DNA of 64,000 bases, taken from an uncultured bacterium (GTDB taxonomy: Bacteria > Chloroflexota > UBA5177 > JANWHV01). Where the stretch lies: contig CAVSOU010000007.1 in assembly GCA_963729625.1 (NCBI GenBank), forward strand, positions 576,001 to 640,000. Reading direction: 5' to 3'. A program made the position numbers and the translations under genes. Numbering within the stretch: position 1 is the first letter of the stretch; every line of letters begins with the position of its first letter. Below, one piece after another: positions 48,166-59,476 of the stretch. Under the pieces are notes generated by a model, which saw only the letters and a program-made list of their open reading frames with translations, was not told the origin of the DNA and searched no databases.

Positions 48166-48657
48166 CTACACGTGGCCCGGCGGCCATGTCCCCATCACCT
48201 GGCGAAGCAGGCCGAACTCGCCCAAGTGGTAAGCGTTGTGGTCCGCCACCAGCAGAAACTCGCGCAGCTGCGTCTGCCCCGTACCCCAAGCGATCCGCTG
48301 CGCGAGATCCAGGGCAGGGTCCTGAACCATCGTCTCCAACGTCGCGCGGTCGGCGCGGAAGAGGTCGATCGTCTGCTGCCACTGCTCCGGCGTGGCCGTA
48401 GCACCCAGCGCCGGCCAGTAGTCCTGCGGCCAGCGGCGCTCGCGGTATCCAGCGTTGGTCATGAAGTCCAGAATGTCCAGCTGCGACAGCCGGATGTGCT
48501 CCAGCAGATGCCAGGGGCTATAGGCGCCATTGGGAATGCTCGTATTGATGCTCTCCATGGGAAACTCGGCCACCGCTTGCTCGAACGTCATGTAGGCACT
48601 GCCGCCGCGCAGGAGCTCCAGCACTCGTCCTCTCACCGCTTGGTCGTCGATCATCAT
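48166..48657 (-). CDS. DinB-family protein
   Basis: YSPWHLLEH, YWP and LVADHNAYHLGE motifs. Confidence 0.9.
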   Translation of the reverse strand: MMIDDQAVRGRVLELLRGGSAYMTFEQAVAEFPMESINTSIPNGAYSPWHLLEHIRLSQLDILDFMTNAGYRERRWPQDYWPALGATATPEQWQQTIDLFRADRATLETMVQDPALDLAQRIAWGTGQTQLREFLLVADHNAYHLGEFGLLRQVMGTWPPGHV

Positions 48658-49169
48658 GTCTTCCGCTCCCTTGTCACACGATCCCAAACATGCGCTGCTG
48701 CTCCAACCACCTTCACGCCGATAGCCAGCTCCTTGCCACGGGGCTTCGAGCCGGCCGTGCCAGGCGCCGTGTTGCCTGTTGCCTCTGATGATGCCGCGCC
48801 CAACGAACTCATGCAAACGATCGCCTTACTCGAGGATCCCGCAGACTACCGGCAGATCCGCAGCCAGCACGGCGCCCTGCGAACGCCGGTGACCCGCTAG
48901 AGGAGCCCCTGCGCCCGACGATGATGTGAGGCGAGTGCCGATGATGCCGCAAGCGGTGGACAAGCCCGCTGCATCGGACTACAATTGGGGCCGCCGGGCG
49001 AGGAGGCGATAGCCCACGCCAGGCGCCAAGCGCGATTCCAGGCCTGTTTGAGAGTTTCATCCAGTGGTTTGCCTGGAGTTGATAGCGCCTCGACCGCTAG
49101 TCTGTGTGTGCGGATGGGATGAGTGTCTTCAACGACTACTGCCTAGGTCCGCAGATTCTGGAGGTCGAT

Positions 49170-50045
49170 ATGTCGGCCGAACAGCACAGCGTAAGCTGGA
49201 ACAAGGCGACTGTAGTCTACGTTCTCTTGATTCTTGCCGGCTGCGCGATGGTCGCGGCTCACGTCCTTGATGACCATATCCCCCTGGCAGCAGCGCCTCA
49301 ATCCGGGGGTCTGGCTTTCGACATGACGCCGCCCTATTGGCTGATCGTCGGTTGGGGGCTGTTCCTCCTGTTCTTCTTCGCCGTTTCGACGTATGAGACG
49401 GACTTCGAGAGCGGTGGTGGTAGCCGGGCATTCTTCCGACTGGCCGGCGGCGCCACGCTGCTCTATACCGTGCTCTTGGCACTGGGTGATTGGAGTGCGA
49501 TTGGCAGGGTATGTGCCCGCGGAGAGAGCCCAGACGACCTGGGCTTCGGACCTTCGTGCTATCCAGCCGATTGGGTGCATTGGACGGAGCTGCAGCTCCT
49601 GTTACACGTGGCGGTCTGTGTGCTGCTCATCATCGCCTTCCACTACGCTGCTCTGACCTGGAGGCAATTGCGAGTCCGCACCGTCGAAGATCGAACCCTG
49701 CAGCCCCCACCAAGCCCTGCTGACAGCGCAGTCCAACTCCTCGATGCGATGCACTGGCGACCTGAAACGCAGTGGCCGAATGGCAGCGACTCGCTTGAGG
49801 TCTCCCATCCCGACAGCCCCGCAGAGGCGCCAGGAACGACGCGCGACAGCTGGCTCGGGGAGTGGGCGCCATTTGCGCCCCTGCCGGCGGAATGCAGGGA
49901 AGCGAGCGCGAACTCAGCCATTGAGTGCACTACACAACAGCGCCCCCGGTTCCAGGACTGTCCTATCTGTGGAGAGTACGTTTTCCTGCAGGACGATGGC
50001 ACGTGCCCGGCATGCCACGGATCTTCTGCATACCATATTCCTTAG
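49170..50045 (+). CDS. Hypothetical multi-pass membrane protein with C-terminal zinc ribbon
   Basis: About 4 TMs; CPICG...CPAC at the C-terminus; GGAGG RBS. Confidence 0.65.
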   Translation: MSAEQHSVSWNKATVVYVLLILAGCAMVAAHVLDDHIPLAAAPQSGGLAFDMTPPYWLIVGWGLFLLFFFAVSTYETDFESGGGSRAFFRLAGGATLLYTVLLALGDWSAIGRVCARGESPDDLGFGPSCYPADWVHWTELQLLLHVAVCVLLIIAFHYAALTWRQLRVRTVEDRTLQPPPSPADSAVQLLDAMHWRPETQWPNGSDSLEVSHPDSPAEAPGTTRDSWLGEWAPFAPLPAECREASANSAIECTTQQRPRFQDCPICGEYVFLQDDGTCPACHGSSAYHIP

Positions 50046-50249
50046 AACCCCGCCACCGGCAAGAGCGTGCAGCCCACCAGACTCCTTCGCCTGAGACTGC
50101 CCCAAGTGTAGAATGAGCATTGACGCGGCTAATCCGCCTTGTGGCGATCCCGCGGGACCGCGCTGGGCAGCGAGGGCGTTCGAGAGGCCGCCAACATTCA
50201 GGGGTGGGCGACCCGACCATCGACGTGCATATGTGAAGGGGCGTGTGAG

Positions 50250-51185
50250 ATGACCGCGATGACCAAACGCGAGCGTGTGATGGCCGCGCTCAGAGGCGGC
50301 GAGTTCGACCGGCCGCCGATCGCCTTCTGGCACCACTTCCGTCCGCGCGGCTCCGCGCGTGCCCTGGCCGAGGCAACGCTCGACTTCTTCGGTGGCTTCG
50401 ACCTGGATATCTTCAAGGTGATGCCCGACCTCCCCTACCCGTTCCCCCGTGACAGCATCCACTCGGCGGACCAATGGCATTTGCTGGCGCCCCTGGCGTT
50501 GGACGCGGGCAACTTCGGACGACAGATCGAGACCGTGCGCCGTGTGCGCGCCGCGGCCGGTCCAGACGTGCCGGTAATCAGCACGCTATTCTCTCCGCTG
50601 ACAGAGGCGGTGGCGTTCGCCGGAATCGAGAACGTGCGCGCGCACATCCAGGAGGAACCTGCCACCTTGCATGGCGCTCTCGCGGTGATCGCGGACAACC
50701 TGGCGCGTCTTGGCCGCGCCCTGCTGGATGCCGGAGCCGACGGCATCTTCCTCTCGGTCCAGGGGATGGGGAACGGCCTCTTCACGCCGAGTCAATTCGC
50801 CGAGTTCGGCCGGCCCTACGACCTGATGCTGCTGAGCGCCTGGCGTGAGGGATGGCTCAACGTGCTTCATGCGCACGCCGAGTACGACCTGTTGATCGAC
50901 GAGCTCTTGCAGTATCCAGTGGCCGTGTGGAGCTGGAGCGACCGCTACACCGGCGTCTCGCTGCGGCATGTTCGTGGGCTGCTGCCACGAATGACGCTCA
51001 TGGGCGGCTTGCACGAGCGCGGCGCGATTGCTACGGGGCCGGTAGAGGCGATCGCGGCGGAGATGCGCGACGCGCTGGTACAGGCCGATCACGCGCGGCT
51101 GATCCTGGCTCCCGGCTGCTCCGTGCCCGACGATTGCCCGGACGAGTGGCTGCGGGCCGCGCGCGCCGCGGTGGATCCCGACTGA
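50250..51185 (+). CDS. Uroporphyrinogen decarboxylase (URO-D/CIMS) family protein
   Basis: MTKRERV, DRPP..FWHHF, TLFSP, GADGIF and LILAPGCSVP motifs. Confidence 0.88.
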   Translation: MTAMTKRERVMAALRGGEFDRPPIAFWHHFRPRGSARALAEATLDFFGGFDLDIFKVMPDLPYPFPRDSIHSADQWHLLAPLALDAGNFGRQIETVRRVRAAAGPDVPVISTLFSPLTEAVAFAGIENVRAHIQEEPATLHGALAVIADNLARLGRALLDAGADGIFLSVQGMGNGLFTPSQFAEFGRPYDLMLLSAWREGWLNVLHAHAEYDLLIDELLQYPVAVWSWSDRYTGVSLRHVRGLLPRMTLMGGLHERGAIATGPVEAIAAEMRDALVQADHARLILAPGCSVPDDCPDEWLRAARAAVDPD

Positions 51186-51229
51186 TGCGCGCGCACTGCG
51201 GCGCCTGGAGATGTCAGCTTTTCGGAGGC

Positions 51230-51297
51230 TTAGCGTAACCTTTACACAACGTTTACAGATCTGCAACACGGCAGCAACGCACGGTGCATACTATAGT
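51230..51297 (+). promoter_or_regulatory. Array of 11-bp-phased hexamers followed by a -10 element
   Basis: TTAGCG, TTTACA, TTTACA, GCAACA, GCAACG at 51230, 51241, 51252, 51263, 51274; TATAGT at 51292. Confidence 0.6.
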
Positions 51298-51372
51298 GCA
51301 TAGAAGACTCACGATCTTCTATCGCCGTCTACCCAACGACCGGCGCGGTGCCGGAAGAAATGCGTGCACGCC

Positions 51373-52188
51373 ATGACCCATCGCATCGTTGCCCTCGCCT
51401 CCGCCGCGGTACTTGTGTCGTCGAGTCTCGGTCTGATTCCTGCCGGCACGCACGCCGGCATGGCCCTGGACAGCATCGCCGTATCTGCGTGCGCGGCTCC
51501 CAGCAATCCCGTCCGCTACGACAGCGGCACCACCGACGTGCTGGTATGCACGTCCACCATCCAGTCCGGCGAGACGCTCCACATTGTCATTGCTACCCGG
51601 AAGCTCGCGTCCGTCCAGGTGCGGCTGAAGTTCCCTGACGGAACGACCGCGCCGCAGTCGGGCATGTTGACGGTCGTCGCCGACAAGAAGGGCGTAGCTC
51701 GGGCCAACCTGGCCATTCGCTACAACCCCATTACCAGTTACGCGCAGGCGGAGCTGACGGTCACCGTCCTCAACAAGGCTCACCCCGACGTGATAAGCGG
51801 GTACGTCAGGATAGCGGAGACGGCGCCGCTCGCCTCCACTGTCCTGCGCGCTCGCCCGCGCTACCTGGCCAATTGGTGTCCAGAGGATCAGGCTGCGTGC
51901 TCCATACGCAACGGCGCCGCGCTGATCATCCAGATCGTCAGCGATCCGGGTGCTCAGGTGACGGTCAGGCTCGTCTACCCGGACAGTACGTCGATCAGCT
52001 GCTATCGCAATGATCTCACCGCCACGTCCCTGACGAACGCTGCCGGTATGTATCGCTGCCAACTGCCCGTCGTCTATCAACCGAAAAGCAGCGTTCAGGG
52101 CACCACCCTGACGGTCGTGGCGGAACTGAGTCTTGGCGGCTACACGGGACCGCAGCTCTCGCTCGCTCTTAACCTGCTCGGGCGCTGA
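51373..52188 (+). CDS. Secreted protein with two internally repeated beta-rich domains
   Basis: Signal peptide; VQVRLKFPDG..ADKKG and VTVRLVYPDS..TNAAG repeats; paired Cys. Confidence 0.7.
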   Translation: MTHRIVALASAAVLVSSSLGLIPAGTHAGMALDSIAVSACAAPSNPVRYDSGTTDVLVCTSTIQSGETLHIVIATRKLASVQVRLKFPDGTTAPQSGMLTVVADKKGVARANLAIRYNPITSYAQAELTVTVLNKAHPDVISGYVRIAETAPLASTVLRARPRYLANWCPEDQAACSIRNGAALIIQIVSDPGAQVTVRLVYPDSTSISCYRNDLTATSLTNAAGMYRCQLPVVYQPKSSVQGTTLTVVAELSLGGYTGPQLSLALNLLGR

Positions 52189-53675
52189 TGCGGCGGCAAC
52201 ACCTCGTTGCGCTTGCACTTCTCACGGCACTGCTCCTGATCTCCGGGCTCCTGCTGCTATCGATCTTCGGCGTGACCCTCCTGCCGCGCCAATCGGTGAG
52301 CCTGCCCACGCTGCCTCCAGATGCTCTCAACGTGGGGCAGCCCTCGGGCTCTCCTGCCGGGATCGACCTGGGGCTGGGCATCGGCCTGGGCGACGTGCCG
52401 ACCAACTCCATGGTTGAGTCAGTGCAAACCGCGCATGTCACGGTGCTTCGCTTTGGCGACACGCATGCCGACGACTACGACTGGCAGCTGGGATGCCTCT
52501 ACGACCCCACGCGGCCGCACCCCGATTGTTACAGCCAGGCTGGACGGGGTAGTCCACTTGACCAGTTCCTCGCGTTTACCGGCCAGGTAGGCGCGCAACC
52601 GCTGATCGTGGTGAACGGAGAACTCGACGATCCGCAGCAGGCCGCGCAGCTCGTAAGCTTCTACTGGCAGCATTGCGCGCACGCGCCGGGACGCGACTGC
52701 CCCGACCCATATTGGGAGATCGGCGACTCGCCCGCCACCTGGTCGCACTTCGCCATACCCCTCAAGCAGCGCCGGCCGAGCGACTCTTCCATGGCTACTC
52801 CGGACCAGTATGCGGCGTTGGTGACCTCGTATCGGGCGGCGATGGCCAACGCCGCGCCATACTACCAGCGCCATCCGATCAAGATTGTAGCCGACGAGTT
52901 CATCACCGGCGCCACCGACGAGAGCTGGATCGACGCCCTGAGCTACGGCGGTGTCGACACGCACTACGCACCGTTGATCTACACGCGCGGAAGCCGGACG
53001 CCAAGCGTGCAGGACGTCATTCAGGCCGTGGAGCACGGTTATCAAGACCGGCCCGGCGTGGACGCGTGGCTGCAGGGCCTTCGCGAAGGTCTGCAACAGT
53101 TCGACCAATCCAGCTCACTCAAGATCTTCATCGGCCGCTGGTCGATCGACGCGAACACGGGAGTGGGAGAGCCCAGTGTCTATGGAGGCTACACGCAAGC
53201 GTTGTTCACCGCCGCGCTGCTCGCGAGCGTGTGGCAGGACACGGGAGGCGCCAACCCGATTGCCATGGCCATCCAGGCGCCGATGAGCGGCCCCGCACAG
53301 GAGCCATTCGACATCGCCACCTCCTTGCCGCGTTCGGCTGTCGACGTCTATGCACTGGTCGGCCGCTACTTCGGGAGGCATCCCGTGCCGGCGGATCTGG
53401 GAAGCGGCGCCACGGCGGCCGGAATGCTCGCCGCCGGATCGTCCGTAGACCCCGGAGACCTGCGCATTCTGCTCGTGAATCTGGACCAGAAGAAGTCCCA
53501 CACGGTAGAGCTACAAGGTGTGTCGCGAGGTGTCGCCGAGATGTGGTGGATCGTGCCGGACAGCGGGCAGGCTGACGGCGCGAGCGCGGTGAGGCACGCC
53601 GCGGCATCCGGGTCGCGAGTCACGGTACCGCCCTGGGGCATTGCCGTCGTGCGTTTGCGACCGCCATCACGATAA
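52188..53675 (+). CDS. Membrane-anchored clan GH-A-like (GH44/51/79) protein, catalytic Glu apparently absent
   Basis: LRF...DDYDW, DQFLAF..VGAQPLIVVN, YWEIGDSP, and C-terminal beta-sandwich LLVN...VPPWGIAVV. Confidence 0.7.
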   Translation: MRRQHLVALALLTALLLISGLLLLSIFGVTLLPRQSVSLPTLPPDALNVGQPSGSPAGIDLGLGIGLGDVPTNSMVESVQTAHVTVLRFGDTHADDYDWQLGCLYDPTRPHPDCYSQAGRGSPLDQFLAFTGQVGAQPLIVVNGELDDPQQAAQLVSFYWQHCAHAPGRDCPDPYWEIGDSPATWSHFAIPLKQRRPSDSSMATPDQYAALVTSYRAAMANAAPYYQRHPIKIVADEFITGATDESWIDALSYGGVDTHYAPLIYTRGSRTPSVQDVIQAVEHGYQDRPGVDAWLQGLREGLQQFDQSSSLKIFIGRWSIDANTGVGEPSVYGGYTQALFTAALLASVWQDTGGANPIAMAIQAPMSGPAQEPFDIATSLPRSAVDVYALVGRYFGRHPVPADLGSGATAAGMLAAGSSVDPGDLRILLVNLDQKKSHTVELQGVSRGVAEMWWIVPDSGQADGASAVRHAAASGSRVTVPPWGIAVVRLRPPSR

Positions 53676-54161
53676 TCGTGTTGCGCACGTGAAGATCGCC
53701 TGGCGCGAGATCAACGGCGCGCGCACGGAATCGCGACTCATGGACATGGACGTGCGTTGTCGAGGCGGACATGATGTCCGCGGCCCCAAGAAGCCAGCAA
53801 TCGCACTATTCCAGGGCAATCTGATGGCTGGAAAGGATAGCGTTGCGGACCATCTTGTGGCAAACTTGCAGTGACATCGTGACATCCTGGCCTTTCAGGG
53901 GGCAAACGACTTCTTGCAGGCGGCGCCCACGTTGTCCAGGAGGGTTCACAGGAGCACCTGTTTAGCCTAGGATAGGGGTAGCGCTCGTCATGGTTCGGCG
54001 GCATGCCAGATGGCCAAGCAAGGGCACGGAACCAGGGGCCTCGTTCATTCCCGCGGGTGACCAAGCGCCAGTGATCGGATTGCCCAGAGCCGGTGGCGGA
54101 GAGCGCGGTGCTCCGCCCGGCAGGTAGTGGTGTAGACAAGACCTGATCGAGGAGGGGCCAG

Positions 54162-55502
54162 ATGAATCAGCAGCGCATCCCGGAAACCTCGAATCGCGGC
54201 CGAAGCGCGCCTCGTCTCACGGCTATGTGGCATCGAGCCCTGGCGGTTGTCGCCGTGCTCGCGCTCCTCGCGTCCTCATTCGCCATCTGGGATGCGCGGC
54301 ATCCGGTGACCGCGGCAGCAATTCCCCCAACTCCAACCTTCGCCGTGTCTCCGACCAGTGGGGCAGCGGGCAGCGCTGTATCGCTGAGCGCGACGAACAT
54401 CCAGCGCATCTACGACACGGGCACGCTCAGCCTCACCTTCGACAAGGTGCCGATCTCCCCCGCACCCGGCCTCGTTGCATGTACGAGCAGCGCCCTCTTC
54501 GGCTTTGGCCCCGACTGCAGCGCCAACTCGCCCTACTCCTACGTCATTCCGGCGGGCACGCTTCCCGGAATCCACACCTTCGAGTTCACCGCTTCGACTG
54601 CCAACGCCCCGGCGCCCCTGGACCTCACGGCCACGTTCACCGTACCCAACCCTCCTGCCCTGATTGTGGTTCCGACCTCTGGACCGGCCGGAAGCGCCGT
54701 GTCGGTAAGCGCCATCAACATTCCGGCAATCGCCCTTCAGTACGGCCCGGGCGCCGTCAGTCTGACATTTGACAAGGTTGTTATCTCGCCCGTGCCGGCG
54801 CTCACCCAGTGCTCAGTCAGCGGCGTTGGCTTCGGCCTCCAGTGCAGCCCCCTCGCCGCGTTCCCCTACACGATCCCGGCCTCCGCGCTTCCCGGCGTCC
54901 ACACCTTTGAATTCGTCGTTCAGGCATTGTCCGCCGTTGCCGTCACTGGGCCGCTGGTAGACGTGACGGCGCCGTTCCTGGTGGTAGCCCAGGCAACCGA
55001 GACGCCCACCACGAGCGTTACGGCCACGCCCACCACGAGCGCCAGCGCGACACCCACCGCTACCAGCGTGCCGCCGACAGCCACACCCACCAGCACCGCC
55101 GTACCGCCGACCGCGACCTCCACCCTGGTGCCGACGCACACGGCGACTGCCACGGTGACTGCCACCCCGAAGCCCAAGCTCGGCGCCCTGGTGAGTATCG
55201 TGCGCCCAGAATTCGATTCCAATCGGGTAACGTTCTTCGCCAAGGGCAGCCCGGGAACCATGGTGCACGTGGACTTCACGATCGTGGCGCCCAACGGCCA
55301 CGGCGGCACGACCAAGACCTTCTCCTATAGCGTCGACCAGAAGATGGGGCCAGCGGGAACCGTCGCCCTCAACATCAAGGTCAACCCCATCGCGCAGACG
55401 CCCGGCCTGGCCACGATGATGCTCAAGGCTACAACGCCCAGCGGCGCCGTGATGGCGTCCAAGCGCTACTTCCACTACGCCGTGTACAACACCAAGCAGT
55501 AA
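54162..55502 (+). CDS. Secreted protein with two tandem IPT/Ig-like repeats and a P/T-rich linker
   Basis: Repeat PTSG.AGSAVS.SA.NI...SLTFDKV.ISP.P...C...C...IPA..LPG.HTFEF occurs twice; TATPT linker. Confidence 0.8.
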   Translation: MNQQRIPETSNRGRSAPRLTAMWHRALAVVAVLALLASSFAIWDARHPVTAAAIPPTPTFAVSPTSGAAGSAVSLSATNIQRIYDTGTLSLTFDKVPISPAPGLVACTSSALFGFGPDCSANSPYSYVIPAGTLPGIHTFEFTASTANAPAPLDLTATFTVPNPPALIVVPTSGPAGSAVSVSAINIPAIALQYGPGAVSLTFDKVVISPVPALTQCSVSGVGFGLQCSPLAAFPYTIPASALPGVHTFEFVVQALSAVAVTGPLVDVTAPFLVVAQATETPTTSVTATPTTSASATPTATSVPPTATPTSTAVPPTATSTLVPTHTATATVTATPKPKLGALVSIVRPEFDSNRVTFFAKGSPGTMVHVDFTIVAPNGHGGTTKTFSYSVDQKMGPAGTVALNIKVNPIAQTPGLATMMLKATTPSGAVMASKRYFHYAVYNTKQ

Positions 55503-55607
55503 CGCGAGGGCGCAATCCTGACGATCACACGCGGCGCCTGAATCTCAATCACTCGCCCGCGGTCCCGCTCGTCGCACGTGACGGTAGCGTGACCGACCCG
55601 CGGGCGC

Positions 55608-57320
55608 CTATTCCACGACCGGAATAGTGAACCAGAACGTCGATCCGGCGCCCTCGGTGCTCTCAACGCCAACCTCACCACCGTGCTGTTCGACGATGGT
55701 CTTGCTGATGAAGAGTCCAAGGCCCAGCCCCGCGCGCGTGCCGGACTGCTGCGCGATACTTTCGACGCGATAGAACCGCTCCCAGACGTGAGGCTGCTCC
55801 TCAAGCGGTATGCCTGCGCCACGATCACTCACCCAGACGCGCGCCACGCCGTCCACGCGTTGCACGCCGACCTCCACGGGGCTCGGCTCCGGCGCATACT
55901 TGAGCGCGTTGGTCAGGTAGTTGTGCACTACCTGGCTGATGCGCACCGCGTCCGCGTCACAGGCTATGGGCGCCGCCGCTATGTTCAACCGCACCTCGCG
56001 CGACGCCGTCTCGGGCAATTCCTCCACTGCTTCCCGCACCACGGCGGTCAGGTCGCAATGCGCTCGATGCAACACGAGCTGGTCGCTCTGCAGCCGCGAG
56101 ATGTCCAGCAGATCGTTGATCAGGAGATTCATGCGGTTGAGCGCGCGCAGCGCCCGCGACAGTGCGATGCGCAAATCGGCCGGTACCGGGGTTCCGCGCG
56201 CTGCCTCCTGGTCGATGCGACGGAGTCCAACCTGAATGTTGCCGCTCGACGTCGTCAGCGGCGTGCGCAGCTCGTGCGTGACCAGGCCCAGGAACGCGTC
56301 CATGCGCCGGTTGGTCTCGCGCATCACAAGTTCTTCGGCCGCCGCTGCGGCACGTTCACGAGTCAGCCGGTCACGCTCGATGGCCAGCGCCACCAGCGAG
56401 GCCACCGCCCGTGCCAGCATGGAGTCCTCCGCCGCGAGCCGGCGCCGCGCGTGGCTGAGATCCAAGGCCAGCACGCCGACCAGTCGCGAGCCGGCCGTCA
56501 GCGCGATATAGAGCGCGACTCGCCACTCGTAGGGAAAGAGGCGGTCCGGGTACTCGCTCCTGTCGAGCAGCAACAGTCCCTCCTTGAATAGCGTGTCCAG
56601 CTCCTCCGCGGTCATGAACTCCCGCAAACCAGTGCCGGACCGCCCCGATCGCCACTGTTGCTCGATCTCGGGAGCAAGGCCCGAGCTGGCGCCAGCGTGC
56701 CAGGCTCCTGCGGCGTCGACCAGGGTGACGGCCACCGACTGCGCGTCGAGCGCCTCGCGCGCCAGGCACAGAATCGACTCCGCCAGACTCAGCTGGGCGT
56801 CGGGCGAGGCCTCCTCATCGGAACTGTCTCCGGCTTGCACCAGGGCGCCGGCCATGCCCATGAGCGTGGCCAGCGATGTTCGTATGTGCTTCAGCAGGGT
56901 CAGGTGCTCCTCTTCTGCCCGAGCGTGTTCCGTGATGTCGCGGGCGGTGACCACCATGCCGCGCACGACCGGATCGCTGAGGCGGCTTTGCCACGTCAAC
57001 TCCAGCACGCGGTACGAGCCGCCGGCATGACGGCAGCGAGCCGTGGCGCTAACGGGCGCGCCCTCCGCGGCGATGGCCCGCGAGAGCGCGTCCCGCATGG
57101 CCGCCGCGTCGTCGGGATGCACGTGCGCGAGTGCGTCGACGCCGGAACTCGTCGCCGGCGAGCGGCCCAGCACGCGTTCGCATGCCGATCCCGCATAGCG
57201 CACTGTGCCGTCGGCATTCAGCACGCACACGATGTCCGTAGCCCAGGCGAGCAGCTCTTGATAGAACCGCGCATCAAACGGTTGCGGCGCGTCTGAAGAA
57301 TTCACCGAACCAGTGCCCAC
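55608..57320 (-). CDS. Cytoplasmic PAS-GAF sensor histidine kinase
   Basis: PAS (HVHPDD), GAF-like region, THELRTPLT, NYLTNALKY, DRGAGI and GLGLGL; GGAGG RBS before GTG 57320. Confidence 0.92.
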   Translation of the reverse strand: MGTGSVNSSDAPQPFDARFYQELLAWATDIVCVLNADGTVRYAGSACERVLGRSPATSSGVDALAHVHPDDAAAMRDALSRAIAAEGAPVSATARCRHAGGSYRVLELTWQSRLSDPVVRGMVVTARDITEHARAEEEHLTLLKHIRTSLATLMGMAGALVQAGDSSDEEASPDAQLSLAESILCLAREALDAQSVAVTLVDAAGAWHAGASSGLAPEIEQQWRSGRSGTGLREFMTAEELDTLFKEGLLLLDRSEYPDRLFPYEWRVALYIALTAGSRLVGVLALDLSHARRRLAAEDSMLARAVASLVALAIERDRLTRERAAAAAEELVMRETNRRMDAFLGLVTHELRTPLTTSSGNIQVGLRRIDQEAARGTPVPADLRIALSRALRALNRMNLLINDLLDISRLQSDQLVLHRAHCDLTAVVREAVEELPETASREVRLNIAAAPIACDADAVRISQVVHNYLTNALKYAPEPSPVEVGVQRVDGVARVWVSDRGAGIPLEEQPHVWERFYRVESIAQQSGTRAGLGLGLFISKTIVEQHGGEVGVESTEGAGSTFWFTIPVVE

Positions 57321-57533
57321 GGGAGCCCTCCTCCGGCTGCTGCGCCTGGGACGAATCAGCACACAGATAGCCCTATTATGCCCACCATAGGCCGATCGAC
57401 CGGCGGGAGCAACTAGCCCGTTCGGGCTAGTCCTACATGACCGGCAACGTCCCGATGTGGTACCACACACGGTACGAAGCAAGGTTCGTGTGGATCTTCT
57501 CGTAGCGCCATGGGTTAGCTCCCAGGAGGAACG

Positions 57534-58545
<1,012 letters not shown>

Positions 58546-58553
<8 letters not shown>

Positions 58554-59214
58554 GATCTGGGCGAGGGTCAGGAACAACTGGAACACGACGGCCCCGCCGG
58601 ATCCGCCTGTGACGGTCGCCACGTGGGCCGACGAGCTGCGCGCCATGGCCGCAGTCGGCTTGCAATTCGCCCAGAACAGTTACGATCGGGGGCGCTACGC
58701 CCGCCTCCAGCAAATTGCCGAGGAGATGTTCGGCTTCCTCATCGACGCCGGGGCGGCCGAGATCCATGCGCGGCTTGGCGCTGAGGTTGGCTATGTGACG
58801 CCCAAGGTCGGCGTGGCCGCGGCGGTATTCGACGAGCATCAGCGGATCCTGCTGGTGCGGCGGCGCGATAATGCGCTCTGGGCCATGCCGGGTGGCTGGG
58901 CCGACGTTGGCGAATCGGCCGCCGAGATGACCGCGCGCGAGGCACGCGAAGAAACCGGGCTCACTGTCACTGTCGATCGGCTGCTCGGCCTGTACGACAG
59001 CTACAAGCGCGGGTTCCGGCACCCGCACCAGATCTATCACGTGGTGTTCCAGTGCTCCGTGGTGTCCGGTACACCGGCGCAGACAGAGGAGACTCTCGGC
59101 GTGGACTGGTTCTGGGCCGGCGACCTGCCCGACCTCTCGCCCGGCCACCTCGACCCGGTACACGATGCGTTCCGCGCCCTGGTCGACCCCGGCATGCCGG
59201 CTGTGTTTGATTGA
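58546..59214 (+). CDS. NUDIX hydrolase with Nudix_N domain
   Basis: YDRGRY, GYVTPKV and Nudix box [23 protein letters not shown]. Confidence 0.93.
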
Positions 59215-59476
59215 GCGTACTGCTACGAGCGACACGTCTCAGCCAATGACTGACCATGGCCGGGCGTCCGCGCGCAAGGAGGCTTGATACGTCGTACCGC
59301 GAAACATGTACGATATCTGCGTCCATGCGCGCGAAGGTTCGCCCGTCTACCAGTGGTATTTTGGCAACACGATCGAACCGAGCGTTCACTACGGTACGAT
59401 ATACCTCGACCTGACCAAGCAGCTCGCTGCGGAGTGACGCAGCAGCCGGTAGCGCAGAGCCGCGAAGGAGCACGCT

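Noticed and set aside
49038-49062. AGGCCTGTTTGAGAGTTTC resembling an IS5-family end
   Set aside because: No partner inverted repeat or transposase found
50105-50249. Possible riboswitch in the leader of the URO-D-like gene
   Set aside because: No match to SAM, SAH, cobalamin or ZTP consensus that I could verify
55000-55170. Tandem ACC/CCG-rich repeats as a possible array
   Set aside because: Encode the P/T linker of a secreted protein; no repeat-spacer structure
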